Assembly: GCA_017881075.1 (NCBI GenBank)
Contig: JADGRH010000003.1
Location: 682 to 64,681 of the forward strand
From: Minisyncoccota bacterium
GTDB lineage: Bacteria; Patescibacteriota; Minisyncoccia; Phycocordibacterales; CAJBRS01
DNA: 64,000 bases
Direction: 5' to 3'
The notes under the pieces are model-generated. The model saw only the letters and a list, made by a program, of their open reading frames with translations. It was not told where the DNA came from and did not search any database. The position numbers and the translations under genes are program-made. Below are positions 9,574-19,340 of the stretch, one piece after another; position 1 is the stretch's first letter, and every line of letters begins with the position of its first letter.

Positions 9574-12111
9574 ATGAAAAAAATCTTCCTACTGAGTTTC
9601 GCGCTTATCGGCTTCCTGTCGCTATCTCATCTTGTTGCCGCGGAACCTATTCCTCCGACGATTCTCACTGTTGATCTGCATGATTACAGTTATCCACCAG
9701 AGGCTTCTACCGATGCCAATAGTGGGGGACAGGTGAGCATGCTTCAGAATTTTCTGAACACCGCTAATTATATGCATGGAAATGTCAGCGGATATTTCGG
9801 TTCCATTACCAAAAACGCAGTCGTTGATTTTCAGACAAGAAATGGCCTCTTTCCTGCAAATGGATATGTAGGGCCAATAACCAGAGCAAAAATTGCCACC
9901 GGAATTTATGTAGTAAATCCGGGTAATCTCAACGGACCACGAATCTCCTCTCTCTCCTCTTTCTCTGGAGCTATTGGTAGTCATTTAACAATATATGGAT
10001 CGGGATTCACATCAACCGGTAACAATGTACATATAGGTGACAATGTTGTAAACAATCTCTCATCAACTGGTAATTCTATTTCTTTCTCTGTGTCATCGTC
10101 TGTGACATTAGGATTCCATGGATTGTATGTCGAAAATAGTAACGGCGGTCCTAGCAATATAATGAACTTTATTGTCCTTAGTAACTCCCAAATTGGTGCT
10201 CCCAATCTCTCTTCTCTCTCTCCGAACCCTGCTCCCGTAAGCTCAGAGGTGGATGTTAACGGGTCTGGACAAATAATGAGCACCATCTTCTATCCCGTCT
10301 TAACAGATAACGGATGCAGCCCAGCTATAGTGCCGATTCATTTTAGTCCAACCACTGGACGGCCAATAGTTACTGTTCCTTATTCCTACCCCTGCACAAA
10401 TAGCAATCATCTAGTTGTTCCGGGAAATTATATTGTTCAAGCGCTGGATTCCGGCAACTGGCAGATAAGCAATTCAGTTAATTTTGTGGTCAATGTAGGC
10501 GGAACTTCTTCACCGATCACAGTTCTTTCTCCAAATGGAGGAGAAGGCTGGCAATCAACGCCTACAATTACAGATACCATAAGTGGTTTTGAACAATACA
10601 AGAAAGATGTTACTTGGACAGGCTCGCCGGATTATACAGATCCAACTATCGTAGAAGCTTATTTGGAAAAACAAGTAAGTGGTCAATATATAACAGTGGG
10701 TAGAATTATTCCTCTCGGGTATGGTTCTATTATGTGGGTGGTGGGTGAAGTAAGTAATACTAATTGTGCTCTAATCTTTCCTTCTAATTTGCCAAATAGT
10801 TGTTATAACACAGCGAATATGCAAATCGTTCCTCCTGGTCAATATTGGGTTCGATTGGTGGATAAATTGGCAAACACAACTGATCGTAGCGACTCATCAT
10901 TCACCATAACAGCAGGCACTCAAACTTCTGGTCCTCACATCTCATTTCTTTCTTCTTTCTCCGGTTCAGCTGGTAGTCAGCTAATTATCCGCGGAACGGG
11001 ATTCACCTCAACAGGAAACACAGTAAATTTTGACGTCGGAGGCCCTTCAGGTATCTCCAGCTTTAACGGAATATCTCTTACTGTCAATGTGCCTAACCCT
11101 CTCCCTATGGGTGTTCGTGCGGTATCAGTCTCAAATGCCAACGGTATTTCCAACCCCATCACCTTTGTGGTGACTAGCGGCTATTCGAAAGGAGCTCCCA
11201 ACATCTCTTACATCACTCCTACAGGCTCGACTGGTTCAGAAGTAAAGATTATCGGATCAGGCTTCAGCTCATCAGGAGACAACAGTGTCCTATTTTACCC
11301 TGTTCTCGTCGATGCCGGCTGCAGTCCATACGTTGCCCGATTACTTACTTTGGAAAATGGAATGATTAAATTTGTTGTCCCTGGTTATTACAAATGTTTT
11401 GACAGCGCGGGAGGAAATACCTATCACTCCGTTGTTCCAGGGAATTACATTGTTCAGGCCTTGAATGGTAATTATCAGATAAGTAATGCGGTTAACTTTG
11501 TGGTTACTGCAGGCCCTATAGTTCCGCCCAGTCTTCCATTTATTCAGATCATATCTCCAAATGGAGGAGAGGTGTTCTATCAGACCAATGTTGGCCAGAC
11601 GACAGTCAATACAATTGGTTGGACAAGAGGACTTATTTCAACCGTACATATCTTTCTTACCACAGCTGACGCGACGCCCAAAAACATTCCAAGTTTAGGC
11701 GTGATCTGGGCTGGGGCAACGACCAATTCAGATTCAGTAATGTGGGATGGAAAAACAGTTTGTCAAAACTGGACTGGTTCAAGCGGTACCAATTGTTCCA
11801 CAATTAACCCAGGGTCATACAAAGTCTATATTGTTGGTGATGTGGAAGGAGTGACCAATCAAGCGGTTAACGATCTCAGCGACGCATCTTTTACCATTAC
11901 ATCAAAGACCCCAGCTACACCTACAACTCTAAAATCAAACCCATCGATCAAATCAACGCCAAGTACTTCGACCAATAAGATGCAGAGCGCAAATGCAGTT
12001 TATGCTCTGCAGAGCTTGATCAATCAAGCAAACGGCAATAATCTAACTGCCGAAGTAAAGAACGCTATCAATCTACTATTGAAGAATCTGAAAATATTCG
12101 GCGGGCTCTAG
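9574..12111 (+). CDS. large secreted cell-surface protein, paralogue of the upstream gene
   Basis: The 845-aa protein has a signal peptide and the same PG-binding-like N-terminal module (LQNFLNTANYMHGNVSGYFGSITKNAVVDFQTRNGLFPANGYVGPITRAKI). It also carries repeated IPT/TIG-like modules of the form GSxLTIYGSGFTSTGN. Confidence 0.65.
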   Translation: MKKIFLLSFALIGFLSLSHLVAAEPIPPTILTVDLHDYSYPPEASTDANSGGQVSMLQNFLNTANYMHGNVSGYFGSITKNAVVDFQTRNGLFPANGYVGPITRAKIATGIYVVNPGNLNGPRISSLSSFSGAIGSHLTIYGSGFTSTGNNVHIGDNVVNNLSSTGNSISFSVSSSVTLGFHGLYVENSNGGPSNIMNFIVLSNSQIGAPNLSSLSPNPAPVSSEVDVNGSGQIMSTIFYPVLTDNGCSPAIVPIHFSPTTGRPIVTVPYSYPCTNSNHLVVPGNYIVQALDSGNWQISNSVNFVVNVGGTSSPITVLSPNGGEGWQSTPTITDTISGFEQYKKDVTWTGSPDYTDPTIVEAYLEKQVSGQYITVGRIIPLGYGSIMWVVGEVSNTNCALIFPSNLPNSCYNTANMQIVPPGQYWVRLVDKLANTTDRSDSSFTITAGTQTSGPHISFLSSFSGSAGSQLIIRGTGFTSTGNTVNFDVGGPSGISSFNGISLTVNVPNPLPMGVRAVSVSNANGISNPITFVVTSGYSKGAPNISYITPTGSTGSEVKIIGSGFSSSGDNSVLFYPVLVDAGCSPYVARLLTLENGMIKFVVPGYYKCFDSAGGNTYHSVVPGNYIVQALNGNYQISNAVNFVVTAGPIVPPSLPFIQIISPNGGEVFYQTNVGQTTVNTIGWTRGLISTVHIFLTTADATPKNIPSLGVIWAGATTNSDSVMWDGKTVCQNWTGSSGTNCSTINPGSYKVYIVGDVEGVTNQAVNDLSDASFTITSKTPATPTTLKSNPSIKSTPSTSTNKMQSANAVYALQSLINQANGNNLTAEVKNAINLLLKNLKIFGGL

Positions 12112-12223
12112 AAGTAATTAACGAAGTCAGACTTCGTTAATTTGGGAATTTGTGTTGTGATTCAGATAAAATATTTATAAAGTCGGTGCTTGCATCCGTC
12201 GGTACAATTATTACAATAGACGG

Positions 12224-12706
12224 ATGCAAAAGTTTGCCACGGAAGAATATGTAGATGAAAAAGCCAGTCAAATGATCGGTCATCATTTTGGCATTATTCA
12301 AGAACACTTTGATGGCGAGTTTCAGAAGGTTCGTGAAAATATAAATGGCATACACGATTGGAAGGATAGGTTTGAATTAGAAACTGGGCGACATTTTAAT
12401 TTCGTACATGAAAGACTGGATGATATGGCGATTGATCTAGTTGGTGTCAAGGAGGAAATCATTGGTGTTAAGGGAGAAGTCCTTAGTATTAAGGGAGAAG
12501 TCGTTGGTGTTAAAGAAGAAGTCGGAGGCCTTAAAAAAGAGATAATAGATGTTAAGGACGAAGTGAAAGGTATCAAAAAAGAAGCGGGTGTTATAAGAAA
12601 AGAATTAATAGAATATAGAAAAGAATCCACCAGTTTTAGGGTAGAAACAAAAGAGAATTTTAATAAAATTTTCTCAATTCTTAAAAAATTGGCTTATTCA
12701 AAATGA
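12224..12706 (+). CDS. hypothetical coiled-coil protein with heptad tandem repeats
   Basis: The 160-aa protein has a central run of 7-aa repeats, GVKEEII/GVKGEVL/SIKGEVV/GVKEEVG/GLKKEII/DVKDEVK/GIKKEAG. An inverted repeat GCATCCGTC...GACGGATGC overlaps the start codon. Confidence 0.45.
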   Translation: MQKFATEEYVDEKASQMIGHHFGIIQEHFDGEFQKVRENINGIHDWKDRFELETGRHFNFVHERLDDMAIDLVGVKEEIIGVKGEVLSIKGEVVGVKEEVGGLKKEIIDVKDEVKGIKKEAGVIRKELIEYRKESTSFRVETKENFNKIFSILKKLAYSK

Positions 12707-14847
12707 ATTTCCTTTGCTTCTGCAATATATTTGTGGAGCAGGGGATATCGTTTTAATTCCGGATCTTCGGAGATGAGGCGGCGCGCTTCTGTTCGCGCCG
12801 CCTCTACCATTTTGATGTTCTTGATTGCCTCCATGGCGATATCGGAGAGGCCCCATTGACGTCGGCCGTAAAGCTCGCCCGCGCCTCTTAGTTGTAGATC
12901 CAATTCCGACAGCTCAAAACCATTTTTAGCAGTTTTGAGCGCTTTTAGTCGTTCCAAAGTTTTTTGAGACTTGCTCTCGGCGAAAACATAGCAATAGGCC
13001 TGATGGGTACTGCGGATGATCCGGCCTCGCAATTGATGTAGTTGGGCGAGGCCGAATCTTTCTCCTCCCTCAATTATCATCATTGTGGCATTTGGGACGT
13101 TCACTCCCACTTCCACAACCGAAGTGGAAACTAAAATATCGGTCTTTCCGTTTTCAAATCTTTCCATCACTTCATCTTTTGCTTTCGGAGTCATCTTGCT
13201 GTGCATAACGTCAATGGAATATTCCGGAAAAACATCCTTCTTCAATCTTTTTGCTTCTTCCTTCGCCGACTTGGCGATTAGAGCCTGCTCCTTTTCGGGA
13301 TCGGGCTCATTGATGCGTGGGCAAATAACATAGAGCTGTCGGCCCTCCTTAAGACCGATCCTGATTTTTTCATTTATATCTTCACGTTTATTGGGAGGAA
13401 CAATCTCCGTGATGATCGGTTTGCGTCCGGCCGGCATCTCATCCAATAGAGAAAGGTCCAGATCTCCGTAAACGGTTAGGGCCAAAGTGCGGGGAATGGG
13501 AGTGGCTGTCATGGATAGAAGGTGCGGCAGAATAGCGTCTTTTTGGCGTAATTTACGTCGCTGGGATGTTCCAAAGCGATGCTGTTCATCAATGATCACG
13601 TAAGCTAGATTCTTGAATTTGACCGTTTTTTGGATGAGAGAATGAGTACCGACAAGAATAGGAATTTCTCCATTTGCCACCCATTTTAAAAGTTGAGCTC
13701 GAGAAATCGGTGTTGCTTCCGTCGGCTTTATTTTTGACGGAAATTTCAGACAACCACTGCCAGTGATAAGGCCGATATTTATTCCAAGATAGGCAAAATA
13801 TTTTATGAAAGATTGAAAATGTTGCTTGGCCAAAATTTCAGTTGGCACCATGTATGCTGTTTGTAAATTGCCAAAATCTTGTCCCTTCGGCCGAGTAGAA
13901 GTGACTGCATAAACGCTAGTGGCGGCGACGGCGGTTTTACCGCTTCCGACATCGCCCTCAAGGAGTCGCGACATTGGTTGACCACTCTTTAAATCATTTA
14001 AAATGGTAGCAATGGCTTTCTTTTGAGCGGTAGTTTCTTTAAAAGGGAAGCGTGAAGTAAAACTTTCTATACTTTTTTCATCTTCTTCAATAACGAATGA
14101 CTGCTGGTTCTCCTGTTCCTTCCTTTCTTTTTGTTTTCCCAGTTGGATGAAAAAAACTTCCTGGAAGGCGAAACGTTTTCTGGCACCCATGGCGTCGTTT
14201 TGTTTTTGAGGGGTATGGATGAAGATAAAAGAGGATTTTAAAGAGGGAAGATTATATCGGAAGAGAATCTCTTCTGGAATGGGGTCCACAACATCATCCA
14301 GAATCCCAGATTTAAATACTCGCTGAAGGGCGTGATAGAACCAATTAGAAGTAATGCCGCGGCTTTCGGGATAGACGGGATAGAGAGTGTGGGCTTCGCC
14401 CGCCGAGCCAAATAGAGAGTCGCCTACGGCGATGGGAAGTTTGGCGACATTTTCTATCTTTGGATTGCTGAAATAAAGTTCGTTTCTGCGCTCAGTCACT
14501 TTTCCTTCAATACGGACGAAACTATTCTCACCGATCATCTTGGCCAGATATGGCTGATGGAACCAAACAATTTTAATTTTTCCGGTCTCATCTTCGACGA
14601 AGGCTTCGGCCATTGGGATTTTTTTGCGGAAAGCCTTGCTTGTTTTTAATCCGCTAATCTTGCCAAAGACGACGGCGACCTCGCCTACGGCGAGGTCGCC
14701 CACATTCTTCATTGCCGAAGTATCACCGTAGCGAGTGGGGAAGTGATAAAGCAAATCACCAACAGATAAAAGGCCAATTTTCTTTAAAGCATTTTTTTGG
14801 GCTGGAACCAGACGAAAATGTTCTTCCAGTGAGTCATTTAAATCCAT
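12694..14847 (-). CDS. recG: ATP-dependent DNA helicase RecG
   Basis: The 717-aa protein has an N-terminal wedge domain, the helicase motifs GDVGSGKT and DEQHRFG, and a C-terminal helicase domain. Confidence 0.9.
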   Translation of the reverse strand: MDLNDSLEEHFRLVPAQKNALKKIGLLSVGDLLYHFPTRYGDTSAMKNVGDLAVGEVAVVFGKISGLKTSKAFRKKIPMAEAFVEDETGKIKIVWFHQPYLAKMIGENSFVRIEGKVTERRNELYFSNPKIENVAKLPIAVGDSLFGSAGEAHTLYPVYPESRGITSNWFYHALQRVFKSGILDDVVDPIPEEILFRYNLPSLKSSFIFIHTPQKQNDAMGARKRFAFQEVFFIQLGKQKERKEQENQQSFVIEEDEKSIESFTSRFPFKETTAQKKAIATILNDLKSGQPMSRLLEGDVGSGKTAVAATSVYAVTSTRPKGQDFGNLQTAYMVPTEILAKQHFQSFIKYFAYLGINIGLITGSGCLKFPSKIKPTEATPISRAQLLKWVANGEIPILVGTHSLIQKTVKFKNLAYVIIDEQHRFGTSQRRKLRQKDAILPHLLSMTATPIPRTLALTVYGDLDLSLLDEMPAGRKPIITEIVPPNKREDINEKIRIGLKEGRQLYVICPRINEPDPEKEQALIAKSAKEEAKRLKKDVFPEYSIDVMHSKMTPKAKDEVMERFENGKTDILVSTSVVEVGVNVPNATMMIIEGGERFGLAQLHQLRGRIIRSTHQAYCYVFAESKSQKTLERLKALKTAKNGFELSELDLQLRGAGELYGRRQWGLSDIAMEAIKNIKMVEAARTEARRLISEDPELKRYPLLHKYIAEAKEIHFE

Positions 14848-14870
14848 TTTTTAATTGTACCCTCATAATG

Positions 14871-15275
14871 TCAACGTGGCACGTTGACATTGCGATCCAC
14901 TATTATTCTGGGGTAGCTTAATATCGCCAAGGCTAGGGCAATACCCAGAACGGAAACATCTTCAAATAGGTTATTGAATTGGTCAAGGTTAAAAATAATG
15001 CTAGCCAAAAGATAAAAAGAGGCAAGGACACTCGGAATGAATATCTTTTTGCCCCAGACGAGCCAAGCACCGAGGACGAGCTCGGAGAGACCAAAAAGAT
15101 TCAGGATGACAGCGTCGGGGAAAATACTGCGCAGAAATGAGGGGAAGTAGTTGATCCATTCAAACGGATGAAAAAAGCCCAAGATGGCAGAGTAGATAAG
15201 GGCAAAGGCCAAGGCCACTCTTAAAATGAAGGCCACTAAAAACTGTCTAGATGAGGAAAAATATTTATTATGCAT
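14871..15275 (-). CDS. DoxX-family-like small membrane protein
   Basis: The 134-aa protein has four predicted TM helices. Its composition and length are typical of DoxX/SURF4-like proteins. Confidence 0.4.
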   Translation of the reverse strand: MHNKYFSSSRQFLVAFILRVALAFALIYSAILGFFHPFEWINYFPSFLRSIFPDAVILNLFGLSELVLGAWLVWGKKIFIPSVLASFYLLASIIFNLDQFNNLFEDVSVLGIALALAILSYPRIIVDRNVNVPR

Positions 15276-15377
15276 CGAATATTAGATAAAAAGTCGCCTG
15301 TCTACTTTAGCACAGAAGCCTCATCCTCTCAATTAATGTAGTGGCGGCAATTAAAATATGCTAAAGTAGCGGCTATT

Positions 15378-15466
15378 GGAGAGTTGGCTGAGTGGTCGAA
15401 AGCGCCTCACTGCTAACGAGGTAGGGGTCTTAAAGCCCCTCGTGAGTTCGAATCTCACACTCTCCG
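15378..15466 (+). tRNA. tRNA-Ser (anticodon GCU)
   Basis: GGAGAGT-TG-GCTGAGTGGTCGAAAGC... has the anticodon loop CUGCUAA and the long variable arm GGUAGGGGUCUUAAAGCCCCUC typical of class II tRNA-Ser. The T-arm is GTGAG-TTCGAAT-CTCAC. Confidence 0.9.
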
Positions 15467-16921
15467 CATTGTCTGAAAATCAGAATCTTTTGGTACTTTT
15501 GAGAGTATTGAATACGGACTTTTAAATTGATGTTGAGCCATACTTTGGTTTTTGAAAGATAGGTTCCAAACTATGATTTCTATAATTTCTCGTTTTTCTT
15601 CGTCATTTGCTTTCAAGAAGTCTTTTCTGGCTCTGCTTGCTCGTAAAAAGATTTCTTTAGTCGGTTCCAAGGTGGAAATTTGTTTGCTGTGTTTTTCTTG
15701 TATCTCCTGAATCTGCTTACTCACCAACACCCTCTCATTCTGAACCTCGAGCATTTTTCTGTCGTAAATCTCTTTGGAAATTTGCCGGTCTAGGAATGTA
15801 TCAACTAGGCGGGATTCTTTAGCTGTGAGAGCCTCTAGGCTCATTTTTAGGGTGGATAATATGGATTTAACATAATCCTCATCTAGCCCCAATTTCTCCT
15901 TAGCGGATTGGTACAAGATTTCAATGAGATTTTCGTCAATATCAAGTTTCTCAAAGAGAGAGGCGACCATTGGGTAGAGGGTATTCTCTCGCATGTAGGT
16001 TTTGTGTTCAGTACAAACTCCTTTGCTATTGGTGCAGTAGTAATAATGATGGCCTTTTTTCAGAGCGGCGGTCAGAGAACAGCCGCAACTTTCACAGACC
16101 AGAAAACCCCGAAGCGGAAAGAAATGAGTTTGAGATCGTGGACGATTTTTGTTGTGTAGGATGTTTTGAACTTTATCAAATAATTCTTTTGAGATAAGGG
16201 GCATATGGTTGCCGATATATAGTTTTCCATCTCTTTGCATTAGGCCGGAGTAAAAAGGATTATCTATGAAGCGATGAATATTGCCAGAGTAGAATTTTTT
16301 ACCAGATTCTGCACGAAGCCCCTCTGTGTAAAGAATGTTGGAAATTTCTTTGAAACTATGGCTTCCGGTAGAATATAGTTCAAATGCTCTGATCACATAC
16401 TTTGAATTTACCGGATGAATAGCAATAGTCCTGTTTGCCTTATCATTTAAATATCCGAATGGTGCACGATTCGGCCAATCTCCTTTCTCCAGTTTCGCCC
16501 GATTACCTCGTTTAATATTACTGCTCAAATCCCGTATATACTGACTAGCCATTCCTTGCTCAATACTCATTAGGAGCACATTGTCAGAGGGCAAAAAAGT
16601 TTTCTCAAATGTTTGAATGCACTTTATTTTCTCATTTTGAAGCAACCATTGAATCTGTCCCCCATCAACGGGGTTCCGACTAAGCCTGTCAATTTTCCAA
16701 CAGAGAATTCCATCAGCTTTGCCGGAAGAAATCATTTTAATCATCTCATTAAAAACTGGTCTTCCCGGCTCTTTTGCCGATTTGCTTTCCCTAAAAACTT
16801 TGACGATATTGAGATTTGCCTTTAGAGCCAAAGCCAGTAATTCTTTCTCTTGGGAATCTAAGGAGAGCATTTGCCTGTCCTCTGATTCTGTTGATTTCCG
16901 GCAATAAAGGATAAATTTCAT
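15455..16921 (-). CDS. large serine recombinase (integrase)
   Basis: The 488-aa protein has an N-terminal resolvase-type catalytic domain (YCRKSTESEDRQMLSLDSQ...ADGILCWKIDRLSRN), a recombinase domain and a Cys-rich zinc-ribbon (CESCGCS...YYYC), followed by a coiled coil. Confidence 0.85.
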   Translation of the reverse strand: MKFILYCRKSTESEDRQMLSLDSQEKELLALALKANLNIVKVFRESKSAKEPGRPVFNEMIKMISSGKADGILCWKIDRLSRNPVDGGQIQWLLQNEKIKCIQTFEKTFLPSDNVLLMSIEQGMASQYIRDLSSNIKRGNRAKLEKGDWPNRAPFGYLNDKANRTIAIHPVNSKYVIRAFELYSTGSHSFKEISNILYTEGLRAESGKKFYSGNIHRFIDNPFYSGLMQRDGKLYIGNHMPLISKELFDKVQNILHNKNRPRSQTHFFPLRGFLVCESCGCSLTAALKKGHHYYYCTNSKGVCTEHKTYMRENTLYPMVASLFEKLDIDENLIEILYQSAKEKLGLDEDYVKSILSTLKMSLEALTAKESRLVDTFLDRQISKEIYDRKMLEVQNERVLVSKQIQEIQEKHSKQISTLEPTKEIFLRASRARKDFLKANDEEKREIIEIIVWNLSFKNQSMAQHQFKSPYSILSKVPKDSDFQTMRRV

Positions 16922-16968
16922 GGTTTTTGAATAGTATACTTTTAGTTAATAGAGTTCAAATATGACTA

Positions 16969-17877
16969 CTAAGATAAACCAAGGGAATCCGAATCGGTAA
17001 TGTAGGTGTGGATGTTTTTGTCATAGAGAATCTTGCCGATAACATCAGCCTTGACGATATTGAGACAGGCATTTTTCATCACATACGGGTTTTTAAACTT
17101 CTTCTTTTTCCAGTTCTTCGTTTTGCTTAAAGTCCACTTCCGAAAGACTCTCTGCTGTTTCCGAAAAAGGTTCATCGGTTTTGTATAGCCGTAATAAATC
17201 TCTTTTCTGATTTCTAGTAGCTTTCGTGATCGTCCCCAAAACCGGCCGACCTTTCTATACTCCTCCGGCACTATCTTCTGTTGCCATTTTTTCATATAGC
17301 TTGTGATATACCACCCCATACGGCTTCTGTCTCTTACTGCCTCAACTTTTGTGCCAGCCTTTAAATGTTTTTCATCTTTCGAACCAACGATTTCATACCA
17401 TGTCTTTGCTACCCACTGATGGGGAATATGTTTATCCACCAGAACATGAAAGTGTGGGGCCCCTCTCTCTTGAAATTCAAGTGTCCATAAATATTGATAG
17501 CCCTTTCTTTGAAGATAGATCAGAAAGAGATGTAGATGACTCTTTACCAACGTGCCATTCATTGGATATGACATTGGATAGGTCAGTGTTATGAATACTC
17601 CCAACTTATCACAGACATTCCTTGCTACCATTTCAAATCTCCTTTGCGAACTAGAGCTATACTCAATGATCTCTCCCCTAGGACTACGTTCAAAGTTTCT
17701 ATCGCCCGATTGCCCAGCACTCTGATTTGAAATGCGAATATCCTTTGGCAATTTCGTCATGGTCACGGATTCGTATTGCATTTTGTCTTTCTTTTCACTC
17801 ATCTCTAATTTTTTGATATCTCCATCTATCTTTACCGGATGGCCATAATCGTCAATCCAAAAGTATGTCCTACTCAT
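16969..17877 (-). CDS. rolling-circle replication initiator (HUH endonuclease, phiX174 gpA-like two-tyrosine type)
   Basis: The 302-aa protein carries motif I FITLTY, motif II (HUH) PHFHVLV and motif III MGWYITSYMKK. Two Tyr residues are spaced by three residues, as in Microviridae A proteins. Confidence 0.65.
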   Translation of the reverse strand: MSRTYFWIDDYGHPVKIDGDIKKLEMSEKKDKMQYESVTMTKLPKDIRISNQSAGQSGDRNFERSPRGEIIEYSSSSQRRFEMVARNVCDKLGVFITLTYPMSYPMNGTLVKSHLHLFLIYLQRKGYQYLWTLEFQERGAPHFHVLVDKHIPHQWVAKTWYEIVGSKDEKHLKAGTKVEAVRDRSRMGWYITSYMKKWQQKIVPEEYRKVGRFWGRSRKLLEIRKEIYYGYTKPMNLFRKQQRVFRKWTLSKTKNWKKKKFKNPYVMKNACLNIVKADVIGKILYDKNIHTYITDSDSLGLS

Positions 17878-18094
17878 CTCCCGTATCCTCTGAGGCTGGA
17901 GGCGTTCCGCCCCGAGACACTAAAGTGTCTTCGGGGCCGGTCCGCCTCCTATCCCCAATCTTGGCAAATATGATGAAAAGACTGGCAAATGAATTCAGAT
18001 ATTCCTCGGCTGTCTCATCGGGAATATCCAAATCATATTTTTCTTTGAAGTATGACTGGATTCTCTCCACCAGTAATTGGCTGAATTTTTTCAT
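17870..18094 (-). CDS. hypothetical small protein
   Basis: The 74-aa ORF overlaps the rep start and has no motifs. A hairpin at 18107-18128 lies on the other side of the gene, upstream of its start on the coding strand. Confidence 0.3.
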   Translation of the reverse strand: MKKFSQLLVERIQSYFKEKYDLDIPDETAEEYLNSFASLFIIFAKIGDRRRTGPEDTLVSRGGTPPASEDTGDE

Positions 18095-18173
18095 AAAAAA
18101 TCTCGCACATTGTTTGTGCGAGGCCTTTATATCTTTTCTATGAAGTCAGCAATATGGAAAGAAACTGGGTATA

Positions 18174-19091
18174 TTATGTCTCTTTATCAGTAGGGCTAAA
18201 GATAAGACGATAGCCGAATTTTTTGATGTTTAGAAAAATGTCCGGGTTGCTTGTTTTGGTGGAGGGTAAAATATTAAATCTTTCTTTAAGGTTGCGAATG
18301 ATTAAAGACAAATTATCCCGATATGTTTTTGAGGCAGTTTCCACACCGGGGTTATATGACTTTAAGAGGGTCAAATAATCTGCCTGATAGTCTGGCGAAG
18401 TGTATAGGGTTGAAAAGACCTTAAATTCTTGCGTGCCAAGGGAGAGGGTGCCTTTCAGATCATGGAATACAAAATCACCGGTGCGATTATTAAAGGAAAA
18501 AGGCATTTTTTGTTTCGGCAATTCGGGTAATACTTCTTCCCCGTCAATCCCTAGCTTTTCCAATTCAGCCAAGAAATCAAGATGAAACTTTTTCAGCTCG
18601 TCCGTGTAATACTCCCTCATACCGCCCTTAAACCAGTTGTTATACACTCTCAATTTTTCTTTACTCCATAATCCTGTTTCTTCTGTTCTCTTTAGACCTT
18701 TCACCATAAGGAGGGCAACCGGGTCTAATTTATCTTCCAGGCCAGGAGAGGGGTGGATATATTCCTCCATCGGGCTATATATCCTCACAAACAAGTCAAT
18801 GTAATGTCCGGCATACAAAGAAAGATTTTCAACACGATCGGTCAATGCCGACTGATAATCAAGTTCATACTCGGTTGATTTACGGATACGCCATATCTCA
18901 GAATGCCCCTCATGATATTCCTTTTCACTTTTATCCATGATGGCCGAAAAGACAGGAGTTTTAACAATATGGTCAATGTATGCGTGGATATTTTTATAGA
19001 ACGACGAATCAGAATCGCTTTGGAGGGCGGTTTCGTAGCGGGTTTTAAGGGTGTTTATTATGTTAGACATGATGGGCATGAGTATACACAA
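18174..19091 (-). CDS. hypothetical protein (element cargo)
   Basis: The 305-aa ORF has no recognisable motifs. A hairpin lies downstream at 18107-18128. Confidence 0.4.
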   Translation of the reverse strand: MCILMPIMSNIINTLKTRYETALQSDSDSSFYKNIHAYIDHIVKTPVFSAIMDKSEKEYHEGHSEIWRIRKSTEYELDYQSALTDRVENLSLYAGHYIDLFVRIYSPMEEYIHPSPGLEDKLDPVALLMVKGLKRTEETGLWSKEKLRVYNNWFKGGMREYYTDELKKFHLDFLAELEKLGIDGEEVLPELPKQKMPFSFNNRTGDFVFHDLKGTLSLGTQEFKVFSTLYTSPDYQADYLTLLKSYNPGVETASKTYRDNLSLIIRNLKERFNILPSTKTSNPDIFLNIKKFGYRLIFSPTDKET

Positions 19092-19123
19092 ATTGAGAGG
19101 CTGAGTGTATCAAAACGCGCCCA

Positions 19124-19153
19124 TTGACAGATGAGCCTTAACTATGATATAAT
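19124..19153 (+). promoter_or_regulatory. consensus sigma70 promoter
   Basis: TTGACA at 19124-19129 is followed by an 18-nt spacer and TATAAT at 19148-19153. Both hexamers are perfect consensus. Confidence 0.55.
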
Positions 19154-19159
19154 GCGATG

Positions 19160-19340
19160 AGCTAAGTTCTTCGTCAGAAAGCCTTACTTCGTGATCTCGC
19201 CATAGCTTAGAGCGGCTCCAATCGGGCCTTTCCAAGCTATGGCGATAATGTAGCCCCCTAGCACCCACTGTCGCATTTGCGACCCCTCAACTCACGGGTA
19301 GTGAGAAAACTCATCGGCCATCGGCCGAAGAAAGGAAGTT
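19160..19340 (+). ncRNA. structured 5' RNA segment (leader or independent ncRNA) of unknown class
   Basis: A 12-bp perfect stem TCGCCATAGCTT...AAGCTATGGCGA encloses a 25-nt loop. Further hairpins are GTCGCA-TT-TGCGAC, CTCAC-GGGTA-GTGAG and TCGGCC-A-TCGGCCGA. The segment lies directly downstream of the consensus promoter. Confidence 0.35.

Noticed and set aside
9622-10286. Minus-strand ORFs of 120 and 101 aa inside the second surface-protein gene
   Set aside because: They are shadow ORFs within a repeat-rich coding region on the opposite strand.
19160-19340. Possibility that the structured region is RNase P RNA, SRP RNA or a retron msr-msd
   Set aside because: The universally conserved RNase P P4 sequences (GGAAAGUCCGGGCUCC, ACAGAAACCCGGCUUA) are absent. 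The region is too long and lacks the SRP domain IV motif. No reverse transcriptase with a YADD motif is adjacent.
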